Shown piece after piece: positions 11,901 through 23,930 of a DNA stretch of 64,000 bases. Numbering within the stretch: position 1 is the stretch's first letter; the number at the start of each line of letters is the position of its first letter. Position numbers and translations under genes: made by a program. Source of the DNA: Entomortierella parvispora E1425. Lineage: Eukaryota; Fungi; Mortierellomycota. The stretch spans positions 1,178,001 to 1,242,000 of the forward strand of contig BQFW01000009.1 in NCBI GenBank assembly GCA_020891255.1, given 5' to 3'. The notes under the pieces were generated by a model. It did not search any database. It saw only the letters and a list, made by a program, of their open reading frames with translations, and was not told where the DNA came from.

Positions 11901-14900
11901 CAGCTGCATCATCGACAGCAATATCAGTCTCTGCAACCGTTAGTCGTGGATCGTGAGTCAGTATCTGTCAGTTTGTTCTTGAGTTGTTTGCAGTCAGAGA
12001 CGGTAGCATTGCAAGGAGAAATCATCAAAGGACTCGCTGCTATTATCGACCAAGCAGGACGAGTGTCGAACATGAACGAATTTGTTGACAGTATTCATAA
12101 GGAGGTGGTCGCTTGGTAAGCAATTTGCCGTCTGAAACTGGTATTTTCACAGTATCAATTCCTAACTATGTTTTCTCTTGAAATTCTGAATTAGTCTTTG
12201 GGGCTTGCTCTCTCCAGTGAACGATCATATGGCGGACACGGTCCTGCCGTTGCTCATGCGATTCAACGCAAACAGATCCTCGTACTTTCACAAGATCGTT
12301 TCTCGGCAGTTCAATGATCGGGAGTGGGAAGTGCGATTCGGTGCTTTGGATTCTGTTTTTGGGTTGTTTTCCAAACTTGATGACGCCTTGGTCATGAAGC
12401 TATTCTTCCAGCAGACAGTCTCCACAACCTCTCGTGTGGTTGGAACAATGAACAGCAAAGGAAAAGGCGCCGACAAGACCCACCATCATCATCGCCATCA
12501 TCAGGGAAGCCGACATCGCCCGAACGGCACTAATTCATTTGAACCAGACAGCAGCCAGAGTAACGGCACTGGAATTAGTGGATCGAATGGATATGGATCT
12601 GCTCCTGGAGTCCAACAACCAGTCTCATACGTTCAGTTTGCGCCGGAGCAGCTTCAGACTCTGGGACCTGTGTTCAGCTTCTTTGTCTCGTCCATGTGGG
12701 ATAGAGAGGAGCCTGTTCGGACAAAAGCCAAAACTCTTTTGAAATCACTGCAGCCGGTTCATATCGGACACGCACTCAAGGCATGGGAGCTTCATTTCAC
12801 TTCAAGTGGACCAGAGACGCAACAGGCATTGTTGAAGTTGATGACTCGACTGAACAACTACTTTCCAAGCTGGAAGATCATGAGTTATGGCCTCATTTTC
12901 AAGCTATTGACAGGTGGCAGTCTCGGTCGTGTCTTTGTTACCAAAAGTTCCAATGCATCACTGAAAAGTCACGCAACCGGAGGAAGTTGGGGAGGCGATG
13001 ACCCCGGAAAAGGACCAAAAGTGCGAAGGGTTTCATCCTTTGGATCCTTGACGGCGCTCGACAAGTATATGGGCTCGAACCTTGGCAGCTCTGATGCAGG
13101 TGCAGGACTCCAGACCGGCGGCTCCGGTGGTACTCATCCATTGGAGCAGGCTCCGCGATCGAGGAGATCATCGTTTTCAGCCTCCATGGTCTTGGATGCA
13201 CCTCCGCCACGAACAGCTCTGACTTCGGAACCAGCACCTCCCACAGAACCATCACGGATTCAGCGACGAGCGTCTGTGATATCGGCAACCCTCTCTTCGG
13301 TCTCGGGAGCATCTGTTTCCAACAGTGCGCTGGCCGCAGATATCGAGGCCCAGGAAAAGCAGCTTGCGTTAGAGGATGATATTCATTGCAGCTTGCTAAA
13401 CCTAGCTTTGCAGATGGTGGCGAATGGAATCGAGCCGCATCTGGACGAGGTCATTCAACTGAAGTACCTTGTGGTGTTCTATCTTGACTTTGAAGGATGC
13501 GAACTTTTGAGTCTTGGCCAAGGGAAATTCCAGGTGCGCTACGGAGAGTATATCCCGCGTCAGCGTGTAAGCACCATCCATGGTGCTGTAGAAGAGGGTA
13601 TCTACGGGACAGGGCTCTTAAATGACCCGGGACACGAAACCTTTGTACTGGCGATCTGTACAAATCTACAGTTGATTCTGGACCGATATGTCGAAATCAG
13701 GCCCGATAACGAAGTAGACCCACCTAGTATCTATGACGAGTTCCGAGCAATGGAGATGAACGGCCCAGGAGGCGCTTTTGATCCGTCTACTATGACCGCA
13801 GATACTCCACCAACGGCAGATCGAACGTTCAGTGCCACATCAGCAACCAGCTCTGGTCTAGCCAAGGACCAGAGCCGGACGGGGACGAATATCTCGACTG
13901 GGCAAGGGGATGGTGGACAAGACAGGAAGAATAGTTTCTTTTGCTTCCCGCGAAATAAGCATCGAAGTGACGAGGACGGCCATAATGACTCTAATACCGG
14001 AAGTAGGGCTGGTTCCCGGAACCATACGATGAGCTCTTCGCAGAGGTATCAACCCTCCCATCCTCAACATTATAGTCAACACGGCCAGCAGGCTCCACCA
14101 CGGTTCCAGCAGCATCATCACCACCACTACCGAAGACACAGACACCGCCAGCCTCTGGATGAGCACGCCCCTGTCGTTGGCACGTACTTTGTGGATGTGA
14201 TCCTCAGATTTTTTGGATCTGAGACGGACCTGAGTGTTCTTCCGACAAGCCGACTGAAGAACTGGCTAGAATTGCTTCTCATTGTCATTTACAAGTACGT
14301 AAAAGAAGTCGACCCTCTCCAAGAATTGGTCGTTGTGCTGATGAAGCGTATTGTGGAGATGTTGATGTTGAAGAAAGGCGGATCAAATTCTATCGGCAAC
14401 CAACAGCAGAGCGGCGTTCCCTCAGGCGTTAGCGCAGGCGGCTCTCTGATGACTACAAATGGAGCTGCCCAAGAGGGCAATGGCGGTGGTGGCGAATCGT
14501 CGTCGTACTCGGCTTCAGGCGAGGAGTGTATGTCAGAGGAAAATATCTTGCTGGCGATCTCGATTTGCTCAACGCTCCTGAAGCGGTCCTCGACCATGAC
14601 AACCGCGCTTCTTTCGAGAGAGATCATGGCCATGGGCAAGTTGATGACAAAGAGACGAGACGACCCTGACGACCCAGTGTTGATCCGAGCAAGGAATTTT
14701 TTGCACGATGCCTTTGTTCACTTTATGGGCAATGGTCTTTTTGTTCTTGTTTTCAAAGTAAGTTCCATGGAGGCTTTTCTCTTTTTCCCTCTCGTTTCTT
14801 TTTTTTTTTTTTTTTTTTTTTACCAATATTCTGTTTGTTGTTCTTCTTCATGCTAATATCACTTTCACCTTTCCACCATATACCCATAGACGCAGCCGTC

Positions 14901-16898
14901 ATCCAGTGTCGAATTCTTCGGATGGGAGCAGGAGCAGGAGGTCGATCCGGACTTGGATCTCTTTTATGTTCTAGCCACTGTTCTGGGCGAGGACGAGATG
15001 GTGCCTCTTGAACCTACAGGGGGACCCGGTATTGGTGGTCCACACAACCACAATCGACTTGTTCATATCCGAGATCAGCCTATCCGGGATATCTTGGACC
15101 GAGTGATGATCTTTAGAGACTTGGGACCTTTGCAGGTCTCGAGTATTCTGACGAACCTGTCTCTCTATGTCGAGCGAGTCCATTCCAAGTTTACCGACAC
15201 GTTTATGATGCCGGATATGGGTCAGTTCTTGATCAAAGTCACCAAGTATACTGCCGAATGGGATCTCCAGCAGCATCAGAAGCAAAAGGAGAAGGCTCAT
15301 CAGATGAAGCAGTCTCAAGAGCAGAAGATGCAAGCAATGTTACAGCGGCAACATCAGCAGCAAGCGCGTCAGCTGTACAAGCGACGAGCATCCAATCATT
15401 TGTTTTCTGGAAATACGTCGACCATGACTTCAAACGGATCATCGATTCAACAGCAGCAGCAGCAGCAACAGCAACAGCAAGTTGGACCACTTTCGCAAAT
15501 GCATCAAGTCCAGCAACAAATGGATGGTGTCACGTCTGTGACCTCGGGGTCCACCATGGCTGAGCGGACAATTACCCCTCAAAACGAAGCTCAGCGATCC
15601 AACACCGTGACCCTGGTACAAACTGAGAGTGCCACTATGTCGTCGACATCCTCCGATACTCCCACCCCGACCTCGCTGACGCAGCAACAGGCATCCGTCC
15701 TGGCAAGCAGGACTGTGACACCCCCAACTGCCAGCAATTCTGCTGTGGGCCCTCTCAATAGACAAAAATCCACAGCCTTCAAGAGCGTCACCTCTAACGA
15801 TGCTGAAACAGAGCCACGTCGTACGGCTACCTTTGGGAAAACAACATCGGCACCGTTTTACCACCAGCCTTCGTCTCATCGTTTCCATGGCGCTAACAGG
15901 CAAGGAACCATGGTGCTGCCGCCAGCTTCAAAGAGGGGTCCTTCTCATCACTGGGGTTATATCAACCCAGTCTTGGGGATGTGCTCCATCTTGATGATCC
16001 AGAACCCGTTGGAGGGTCATCACTTGATCACGGCGGTCAAGCATGTTTTGCGACAGGCGCTTTACCGTGATAGGATCTCGGCGTCGGCCATGATTCGATT
16101 GGTGACGGGCTACTGTTATATGGCCGAGTTGGACTTTTCGCTGCAATTGGTCAACGTGTTTGGTGAGTTTGTGGTGGAGGAGCTCAAGGTGTCGATCTTG
16201 AACCATGGGCACCACGGGACTTATTCGGACGAAGAGGAGTATACCGAGAGCGAGTCTGAAGAGGACGACTTACGGAAGGGACAGCCGACGGAGGATGGCC
16301 ACGGCCCTGGCGGGGAGGGCCAAAAGAAAAAGAAAAAGAAGAAGAGGGGCGGCAAACATCGTCATCACCCACGTCGGCATGAGCAAGGCGAGAAGCAGGA
16401 TCTGTTCTTTTCGAAGAAGTCTGGACACGGTGGCGAAGACGATCGAGACAGGGAGATGGAGAAGGCTTTGGCGCCGAGCCGGAGTGGCGGCGGTGCTGTC
16501 CATGTTGGGCTGGGATTGAGTGCTGTGACGGCCGGATTGGGCGTCGGAGGTGCTGGACTTCATAGTCACCATCCGGTGGGAGGTCGGACCAAGATCCTGG
16601 CAAGCAACTTTCACCTGTTGCATCATGTAAGTTATCTGATCCTTATGACTATTATGACCTATTTATTTCCCATGTCAATCGTTGTACAGACCACTGTGAC
16701 TGATATCCTTGCTTCATTCCCAAATAGCTACTGATCTGGGACACGGACCCGAGCTACAACGTAGAATGGACCAAAATGAAGTGGGATATTCTTGGCACAA
16801 TGCGATTCCCTCCTGGCCATCCTATCCTCTTTCCTGGTGCCACAGATGCCCTTCGACAAGAGACAGCTGCCATTGTCAATGACTGGGTCAAGCCCTGA
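5929..16898 (+). CDS. Very large (~3,400 aa) protein with two C1-type Cys/His zinc fingers and extensive helical repeats; candidate UNC79-like protein; 8 exons
   Basis: ORFs 5929, 7090, 10721, 11573, 11829, 12205 and 14953 join through GT-AG introns (about 7032-7133, 10582-10672, 11563-11654, 11768-11857, 12116-12194, 14758-14889, 16627-16728) and end ...VNDWVKP*. C1-like motifs: CERCEVAMKGFGLHCYHCRGSLHLDC and HHLQLVNLFSTCLCSACKLPLWG...CVECSQIMHLDC. The gene model is well supported; the UNC79 call is inference. Confidence 0.8.
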
Positions 16899-18153
16899 GA
16901 GATGGACGATGCGATTTGCTGGCTAGGAATATGGATGGCGGTTCCAGTGAAGTAGTGAAGTATACAATAAAAATAAAAACATGATTTCTCATTGACGGTC
17001 TTGGCAATCCTGCTGTGTGAATTGCCGAACCTGAGAGTATCCCTATGCATCCTTCCTACATTGAAATTAATGAGAGAAGCCCTCAGTTGAGACTGAAGAC
17101 GAACATAATGCCCGGGCGAGGGGAGGATGGCATCCAGAGAAAAGGTAAGGGTGAAGGGATCCAGAGTAGGGACGAGCGAGGCAATCTCAAGGCATCCATC
17201 ATGGCACTATGAACGGCCGCTTGGCACTGCACTGGTGATAACCCAGAGCAAGAGATGATTGTTAGTAGAGAGAGGCAAACCAGGCGAACCACTGACCAGG
17301 CGGACCATCGGCGCTTGTGGTGTAGCTGTGATAGCAGTGTAGCTCTAAATCGAGCGTGCACGAATTGAGATATGCTTGAAGTATGTCTCTCAAGCTCTAC
17401 CCACCTGTATCCTCCCATCGTTCTTGGATCAAATGTGAGGGGACAAGAGATCATGCTTTTTTTTTTTTTTTTTTTTTTTTTGGATGTAATATATGGTCTC
17501 TTCTCGTTCATTGGAATTGTCGACTGTCTGGCAATGGGGGCAGGATGGAAGACGCTAGACACGAGGCACCTCCATCATCATTGAGTGGGTTATATATGGA
17601 CCGGGCCAGCTAGCTGCCATGAAATGTCACCTCGGTGTACCATAACACCAAAAAAGAAAAAAAAAAAAAAAGGTGCAGAATGTCAAGCAGAGTGCTTGCT
17701 TGACAGCTACTCACCCTCTCACCATTGATCATGGTAAGTAACTATTGATCGTGGCAAGCAATTGAGTGATCTCAGACCTTCTCTCCACCGCCTCTCCCTC
17801 TGCCACTTGATCTATAAAATGGTAGGTAAATTTGAGAAATTAGAGACATTTGGAGGACTCCCACGTCAATGTGAAGGAGTTGCGGCGCTGAAATTGGTGA
17901 AATTTCATCGACTTCTTCCTTCATCACCTTCCTCTCCCTTTGTACATCTCATCGTCTTCCTCTCCCTATCTACATCGACCCCGTGACCCAGCAGCAGCGT
18001 TGACAACCGCAGTCCCTCTCCACCGTCAAATGAAATCCCCATCGTTTCTTCATGACGATTTCCGCATTTTGTGTAACAAAGCGCGGCAATGAACAGAACA
18101 TCGTCCCCCACCCTGTCCTTTACGGCCTGAACAGTCACTTAGTGGAGGTCAAG

Positions 18154-18161
18154 TATAAATA
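18154..18161 (+). promoter_or_regulatory. TATA-like box (TATAAATA) upstream of the candidate structured RNA region
   Basis: Sequence match only; no convincing protein-coding gene follows. Confidence 0.3.
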
Positions 18162-18188
18162 CCTCTCTTCCCCCGCACTTTTTTTTGT

Positions 18189-18608
18189 CCTCCTCAATCG
18201 TTACTGCCCGCTGCTGAGGAGTCCAATATCTTCATCTTAGCAAGGGTCCTGGTTTGCTTGTCGCCTTTCGATGTGCTCCGGGCTATTCGAGTGCCACTCT
18301 ATTACATGTCCGGTCGTCAGGGTCTCGTTCCTGTCTCGTGTGGTCGGCTGTAAAAATGACACCTTGTAACCCGTGTAGCTGTGATTGGACTTAGGTTGAC
18401 TCAGTCAATGCAAGTAGATCTTTACTCTGTTGAGGCTCATATGAAGGTTTTGTTCTTCAATGGTGAAATCGGCAGTTGGTAAGTTGACGGGTGAATGTGA
18501 GTAGCCGAAAGGCGCATTCATCGCCCATAGGAGCCAGCCACATGAGCTCTGGGCTATAAAACTGCGCACGCCCTTCGGGAAGCAGTTTTATTTATTTTTT
18601 TATTTCAG
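18189..18608 (+). ncRNA. Candidate structured non-coding RNA, or structured intron of a non-coding transcript
   Basis: Hairpin with a GAAA tetraloop (18492-18520) and a 10-bp perfect stem (18556-18565/18582-18591) capped by C(UUCG)G. Followed by a U-rich tract; no credible ORF. Confidence 0.35.
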
Positions 18609-19294
18609 CAACAAAAAAAAACAACAACAGCAACAACAACTCTCCGCTCCCTTCTATGTTCTTGGCCTTCCTTTCTGTTTTCTCAGTCTTTTCCTCTCTT
18701 TTCTATCGCATCTTCATCCCAAGGTGTAGATCGAGTCGAGTGCTAAAAAAAAAGTTTTGGTTTTATGTGAATAAATAATCAATATGTGTACAAAATATTG
18801 TCATCGAGGTGTGTGCTGCCAATTTCACTTTCGACACTAAACAGCAACGGGTCTGAGGTGATGGCCGGATCTATGATAGGTGGGCGCCTCTCGAATATCG
18901 TAAAAATGTGAGGACGCGTTGAAGAGAAGGAGGGAAATAAAGACATCGAGGGAGAGAAGGCGGGATGAGAGGCATGCCACCAATACAGCTGAATGCTCAT
19001 GCTGAAACAGGGGCTGCACGCGTTAATTCCCAACCGTGTCGATGACGAAGGAGGAAGACTGTGGCACCATGGCGTTGTAACAGTTTGACCCATTCCACTC
19101 TTTAAACGAATGGAGCAATGAATGCAGTTGCAAGTGGAAGTGGGACAGAGGATTGGAGGCATGAGGGAGCCCAATGGAAGACAAAAAAAGGCCATTTTGG
19201 TGGCGCACATGCCGTGCACGGGGCACATACACGGCTCGGCGGATGTCCTCAGGTTGTTTCAATCCCTCATCCATCCTCCACTTCATTCTCCACC

Positions 19295-19900
19295 ATGCCT
19301 GGAAGGACAGCAGTGCCGACTAGCCGACTACTCATGACTTGCATTATGAATCGGCTGGATGTCTTTTTGCGGCGGCATTCCTCATCCTCGTGTTTTCGGG
19401 CTTGTGTCGACTCAGGGCGGCAGTCTGGTGCGCAGAGAGCCAAGGGAGCCGAAATCCATTGATGCCTCTCTGGCCATGTCAGCATGCTCGTGTTGCGCTT
19501 CAACGGCAGGGACGCCAGGTTTCTCAGCACGAAATACCCTCTGCCAACAGCATCAGATTTAACAGTTGAAACGGCGATTCTCTGTCACTTTTCGTCATCT
19601 TCATTACTGTGGAATATGAAGGTAGTCCGCAATTGCTTGTTCTACATGTGGGTCAGATTATGGTGGCTCAGATACCATGAGAACTTGATGGCAAGCATAA
19701 CCCATCTTTCTCCAGGAAGAGGCCTTGGCTGGGAGAGATGGCACAGGAACAAGGATCGGACCTCCAGGACTTGGGGATCGACAAGGTGCTGGCGCTATCG
19801 GCGACAGTATCAGGTACGGATCGTTCTGGTTTTGACTGATAATCTAGCTGGGACGACTCTCATTCGCTATTGCAGTTATGAAGTACAGTCTTAATAGGAT
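19295..19900 (+). pseudogene. Degenerate F-box/LRR gene relic
   Basis: Fragments in different frames match the neighbours: FLRRHSSSSCFRAC vs FLDRHSLVLCLRVC; LVLRFNGRDARFL vs LVLRVYPGDIRFL; LVLHVGQ; THLSPGRGLGWERWHR vs THLPFVGRGMDWMRWYR. A 23-nt identity links 19635-19657 and 20743-20765. Confidence 0.75.
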
Positions 19901-20042
19901 AGATATTGAGGCGATGCGTGTCTTTGAGATGCCAAATGCTCCAACATCAAAGCCTTCTTTGAGAAGGGTGTACCATTACTACCAAGGTGGCTATCGACGA
20001 GGGGTTTATTGTTGACATTGGACGTTAGGATCAATGTCGGTG

Positions 20043-20076
<34 letters not shown>

Positions 20077-20269
20077 CGACAAAGGCTGCTGGACGACCGG
20101 TGAAAATAAGTGTAGTTACCACACCTTTGTTCTGGATAGACTTCACATAAAAAGACATTTACCTCACTTTTGATTCTCTTTGTTATTCCAAGCATTGGCA
20201 TACACCCACACCCACACCCAGACACGTTCATACACTCCTACATACTAATCCCACCTGCACCATACCATA

Positions 20270-21870
20270 ATGCCGAGGAACAGAAGGCGAGAAGGACCCA
20301 GACATGGTCGATACCGGCATGCGGCACAAAAGAAGCTAATCGAAATCAGTCCTCCAAAGAGCCGAAGATCGCTTGCGGATGTTCTTTGGATAATCGGCGG
20401 CTTCCTTGATACGACTTCGCTGACCCGCTGTGTCCAAGTTGACCGTGAGTGGAGCAAAGTATTGCTTCCTATACTCTGGAAGAAGGTCGTGAAGGAGTCG
20501 GGCGACAAGAGTCATGATCCACCATACCGCATCCTGCAGAAGAAAGAGGAACATGTTCGTGAACTCGTGTCACGCCTCAACATGGCAGGCTCCGCATTCC
20601 CTGGCCAACATGGGCTGGTATTCTCCAACCTCTTACATTTGACAACCGAAACAGCGGGCCCCAATCCCTTTGGACATATCGTCGGACTGATGGAGCACAA
20701 CATAACCAGATTCATCAGGCAACATGGGCGCAACCTGAAAAGGCTTGTTCTACATGTGGGTCAGAGCAGGCAACTAGAGGATGCTATGGCGACTTGTTCG
20801 AGTTTGGAGTCACTGACGACCCATCTACCTTTTGTGGGAAGAGGTATGGACTGGATGAGATGGTATAGAGTTCAAGGATTTCGACTGCAGACCTTACAGC
20901 TCATCGGACGTCAACCAAACGGGGGAGCCCTCGGCAACGAATTCGTCGGCAGATTTGTCATGGACCAGGAGATGGTTGGTCGCATCAGTCAGGCTCCCCC
21001 AAGCTCTCTCCGGGTCCTTGCGCTAGAGGCAGCATGTTTCAACTCGAGATCAGCCCAGGATAGGGTGATGCTGGTCTTGTTGAGTCCAAACCTCCGGCGT
21101 CTTTGTTGGTCAGGTTCACAGCTCTTCCCTCTGTTGTCTGAATTCATCAGGGCATACCCGCAGAAACTCTTTTGCAAGGAGCTGGAATTTCTCTCTGTCC
21201 GCGATCAAGGAGAGATTTATGAGGCTGACTTCAAGTGCGTCGTGGAGTTCTGTCCTACGCTGAGAGAGTTGGACCTCAAGGAGAGCTGTAATCCTGGTAT
21301 TATTTCCTGGAAGATATGTTCCTATTTGGCAACTCTGAATCTCTGGAAATTAATAATCGAAGGTTGCCCATGGGTGCCTGAGACTGCGACCAGAATATAC
21401 TCTGTTCGATGCCGACCCTGGAGGTGTTCAAGGCGGATTGTATTTCAGAAGCTCTCATGCAAAGGGATCCTCGTCGTTGGGCCTGCACTGAGCTGAAGGA
21501 GCTTTCTTTGGGAGTGGCAGCCAATCTTGGTCCCGGAAGTGGAGTGTTCGTCATGGAGCGCCTTGCCACGCTGAAAAAACTAGAGACGCTGATGGTGTTG
21601 GGACGTCAACATGTTTCAATGGAGGCAGGGATTGTTGTGAACAGGATAAGGGTCAAGGACCTAGCGCTGACGTTGAATGGTGGCCTGGATCATTTACAAT
21701 CTCTAACGCAATTGAGAGTCTTCAAGACGAAGAGCGCGGAGACGGTCTGGAAAAAGAACGAGGCGCTGTGGGCAATGGAGAACTGGAAGCATTTGATCAG
21801 TTTGGATATCAGCGTGGATCAAGCGGCTGGTGGCTTGTTACAGCATCGTCTTGTTCAGAACCAGGGTTGA
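20270..21870 (+). pseudogene. F-box/LRR protein (copy A) with a single frameshift near 21390 (real lesion or assembly error)
   Basis: F-box-like start (LADVLWIIGGFLDTTSLTRCVQVDREW). The frame changes within CPWVPETAT/QNILCSMP, colinear with copy B (CPWATSTVVQDLLCSMP). The family C-terminal motif GLDHLQSLTQLR...W...NWKHL is present. Confidence 0.75.
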
Positions 21871-22129
21871 GTGGCCTCGAAGGGCAATGGACAGGAAAGC
21901 AATAGGCAATGCAGAGCCGTTGATTAGCACGCACGGCAAGAGTGGACGAGACACCTGTTACGATCGGATGAAGAAAGAAATAAATGAAAAAAAAAAAAAA
22001 AAAAAAAAAAAAATCCAGGAACCTTTCAATTTTGGTGGCACACTGAGACTGATCAAGGTGCGCTTTTGTTCCATCACAAACGGGGGAATTGTCTTGTTCA
22101 TTCACCCATCAACAGGAAAGGGCTCCATC

Positions 22130-23734
22130 ATGCCGAAACAACAACGTCTAGAAGAAGCACAGCAGGATCAACCACTCCACGACTCACAACAGCATCAGGA
22201 TCTGCTACATGGCATTTCACCATCAAGTCCACTTGCAATCTCAGAGATCCTAGACTTGATCGCCCAATTCCTGGACCGACATTCACTGGTTCTTTGTCTT
22301 CGGGTCTGCCATCAGTGGTATCAAGTCTTCAGCTGGAGGGTCTGGGAGGTGGTCACGATGCGCACAGGAAAGGGCGGAGGCCCCTATTTTCAGATACTCT
22401 ACCCTCCCACGTTGGATCTCATCAGCATCAACGCCAACCATATTCGAAAGCTTGTCCTCAGAGTTTACCCTGGCGACATCAGATTTCTCGGTGCACACTC
22501 AATGCACTGTCCACGACTCTCCGAGCTAACGATAGAGATGGTGGGCGATCCTTATTACCGTGACGAGAGGGACCAGCTGCTCGAAGAAAATCTTGCTTCC
22601 GTTGTGGTGGACCATCGAGCTACACTGAAAAAGCTGGTGGTACATGTGCCTCCGAAGAAAGAGCTCATGGATGCAATGGCGGCCTGTTCCCAGTTGGAGT
22701 CACTGACAACACATTGTTCGTATTTGGAAGAAGAGCACTATCATTGGAAGGAATGGTATGCGATGTTGAAGTCTCCCATGCATAGCCTCACATTGATCGG
22801 GTGGAAGCTCTGTTATGGCGATAGCACTTTGCATACTTGGGATAGCGTCATCTCTAGCCTGGCCATGGACCTGCGTCAGACCAAAGCCCGAGGGATGTCT
22901 CTCCAGAATCTTGAGCTGAGAGCAAGAAGTCCCAGCACCTCGTACATTAATGCCCAGCTAGTGTTAGTGATAAAAAACCCAGACTTGAAGCGACTCACCT
23001 GGTCTGGCGGAAGGACAATCGCTCGACTGGCCGAAGCGTTTGAGATTTTTGAAAGAAGGCATTATGGATTGTTTTGTCAGCAACTGGAATCACTCACACT
23101 TCAGGACCACGGGAGGGTCGATGTCATTGCCTTCAAACGCGTCATAGAGTCCTTGCCTGCTTTGGTGGATTTGGATATCAGAGGATATTTGGGCAGCGTC
23201 ACGACCTCCATATTGACTGGTCTTAGGCTTCGGACGCTGAGGATCGACCAATGTCCGTGGGCCACTTCGACCGTCGTTCAGGATTTGCTTTGTTCGATGC
23301 CGAGCCTGCAAGTTTTTAGTGCGAGCGTAATATCAGACGCTGCCATCCATGAGGATCCTCGGCCTTGGGTCTGCACAGGTCTGAAAGAACTGAAGGTCAT
23401 GTTCCGTCTTGTTTCGGACGCCAAAGACGAGGCCCTGATCTTGCATCGTGTCTGCCAGCTGGAGGGTCTTGAAAAACTCAGTTTGCGAGAGGAAGTCGAG
23501 GCCTCTAAAACCCTTGACCGTGATTGCGGCCATTTGCAACTGCGGTTAGAAAACGGTCTTGATCGACTGAAGACATTGAAGAGACTGCGAGTCTTTCAAG
23601 CGCCAGAATCTGCCTCCTGGGAGGAATCCGAGGCCTTGTGGGTGCTCGAGAACTGGAAGCAACTGAGAGAGATTGACATCAAGATGGATATCAAGGCAAA
23701 ACAACTCTTGGGTCATCGGCTGATGGCGAGGTAG
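22130..23734 (+). CDS. F-box/LRR (RNI-like) protein (copy B), intronless, intact
   Basis: SPLAISEILDLIAQFLDRHSLVLCLRVCHQWYQVFSWRVW F-box, LRR-like repeats, DPRPWVCTGLKEL and LENGLDRLKTLKRLR...ENWKQL motifs. Confidence 0.88.
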   Translation: MPKQQRLEEAQQDQPLHDSQQHQDLLHGISPSSPLAISEILDLIAQFLDRHSLVLCLRVCHQWYQVFSWRVWEVVTMRTGKGGGPYFQILYPPTLDLISINANHIRKLVLRVYPGDIRFLGAHSMHCPRLSELTIEMVGDPYYRDERDQLLEENLASVVVDHRATLKKLVVHVPPKKELMDAMAACSQLESLTTHCSYLEEEHYHWKEWYAMLKSPMHSLTLIGWKLCYGDSTLHTWDSVISSLAMDLRQTKARGMSLQNLELRARSPSTSYINAQLVLVIKNPDLKRLTWSGGRTIARLAEAFEIFERRHYGLFCQQLESLTLQDHGRVDVIAFKRVIESLPALVDLDIRGYLGSVTTSILTGLRLRTLRIDQCPWATSTVVQDLLCSMPSLQVFSASVISDAAIHEDPRPWVCTGLKELKVMFRLVSDAKDEALILHRVCQLEGLEKLSLREEVEASKTLDRDCGHLQLRLENGLDRLKTLKRLRVFQAPESASWEESEALWVLENWKQLREIDIKMDIKAKQLLGHRLMAR

Positions 23735-23930
23735 ACAAACCCAATAAAACGGGAGTAGTGCATAGGAGGGTGCCACGGAAGATAGAAGAAGAAAAGGAAA
23801 AAAAAAAAAAACATTTTGGTGGCGCATCACGCGTGGTGTCAACCCCCTGGCTGGGCAGTGCACGCGGCGCAAAGGTGAATTGTCTTCACGCAGCCATTCA
23901 TCCATCATATTCATCCAATCTGCCTTCGAA

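Noticed and set aside
18052-18131. Possible C/D snoRNA (ATGACGA ... CTGA)
   Set aside because: No terminal stem and no rRNA complementarity that I could recognise.
18210-18560. Fragments reminiscent of RNase P/MRP (GAGGAGTCC, TCCGGGCT, AGTGCCAC), SRP (GAAA loop) and a telomerase template (TAACCC)
   Set aside because: The P4 pseudoknot partners, the SRP helix-8 CAGG/AGCA loop and a 1.5-repeat template are missing; the matches are short enough to be chance.
17083-19228. ORFs 17083-17562 and 18779-19228 (minus strand)
   Set aside because: Low-complexity or homopolymer-derived translations with no recognisable motifs or supporting splice structure.
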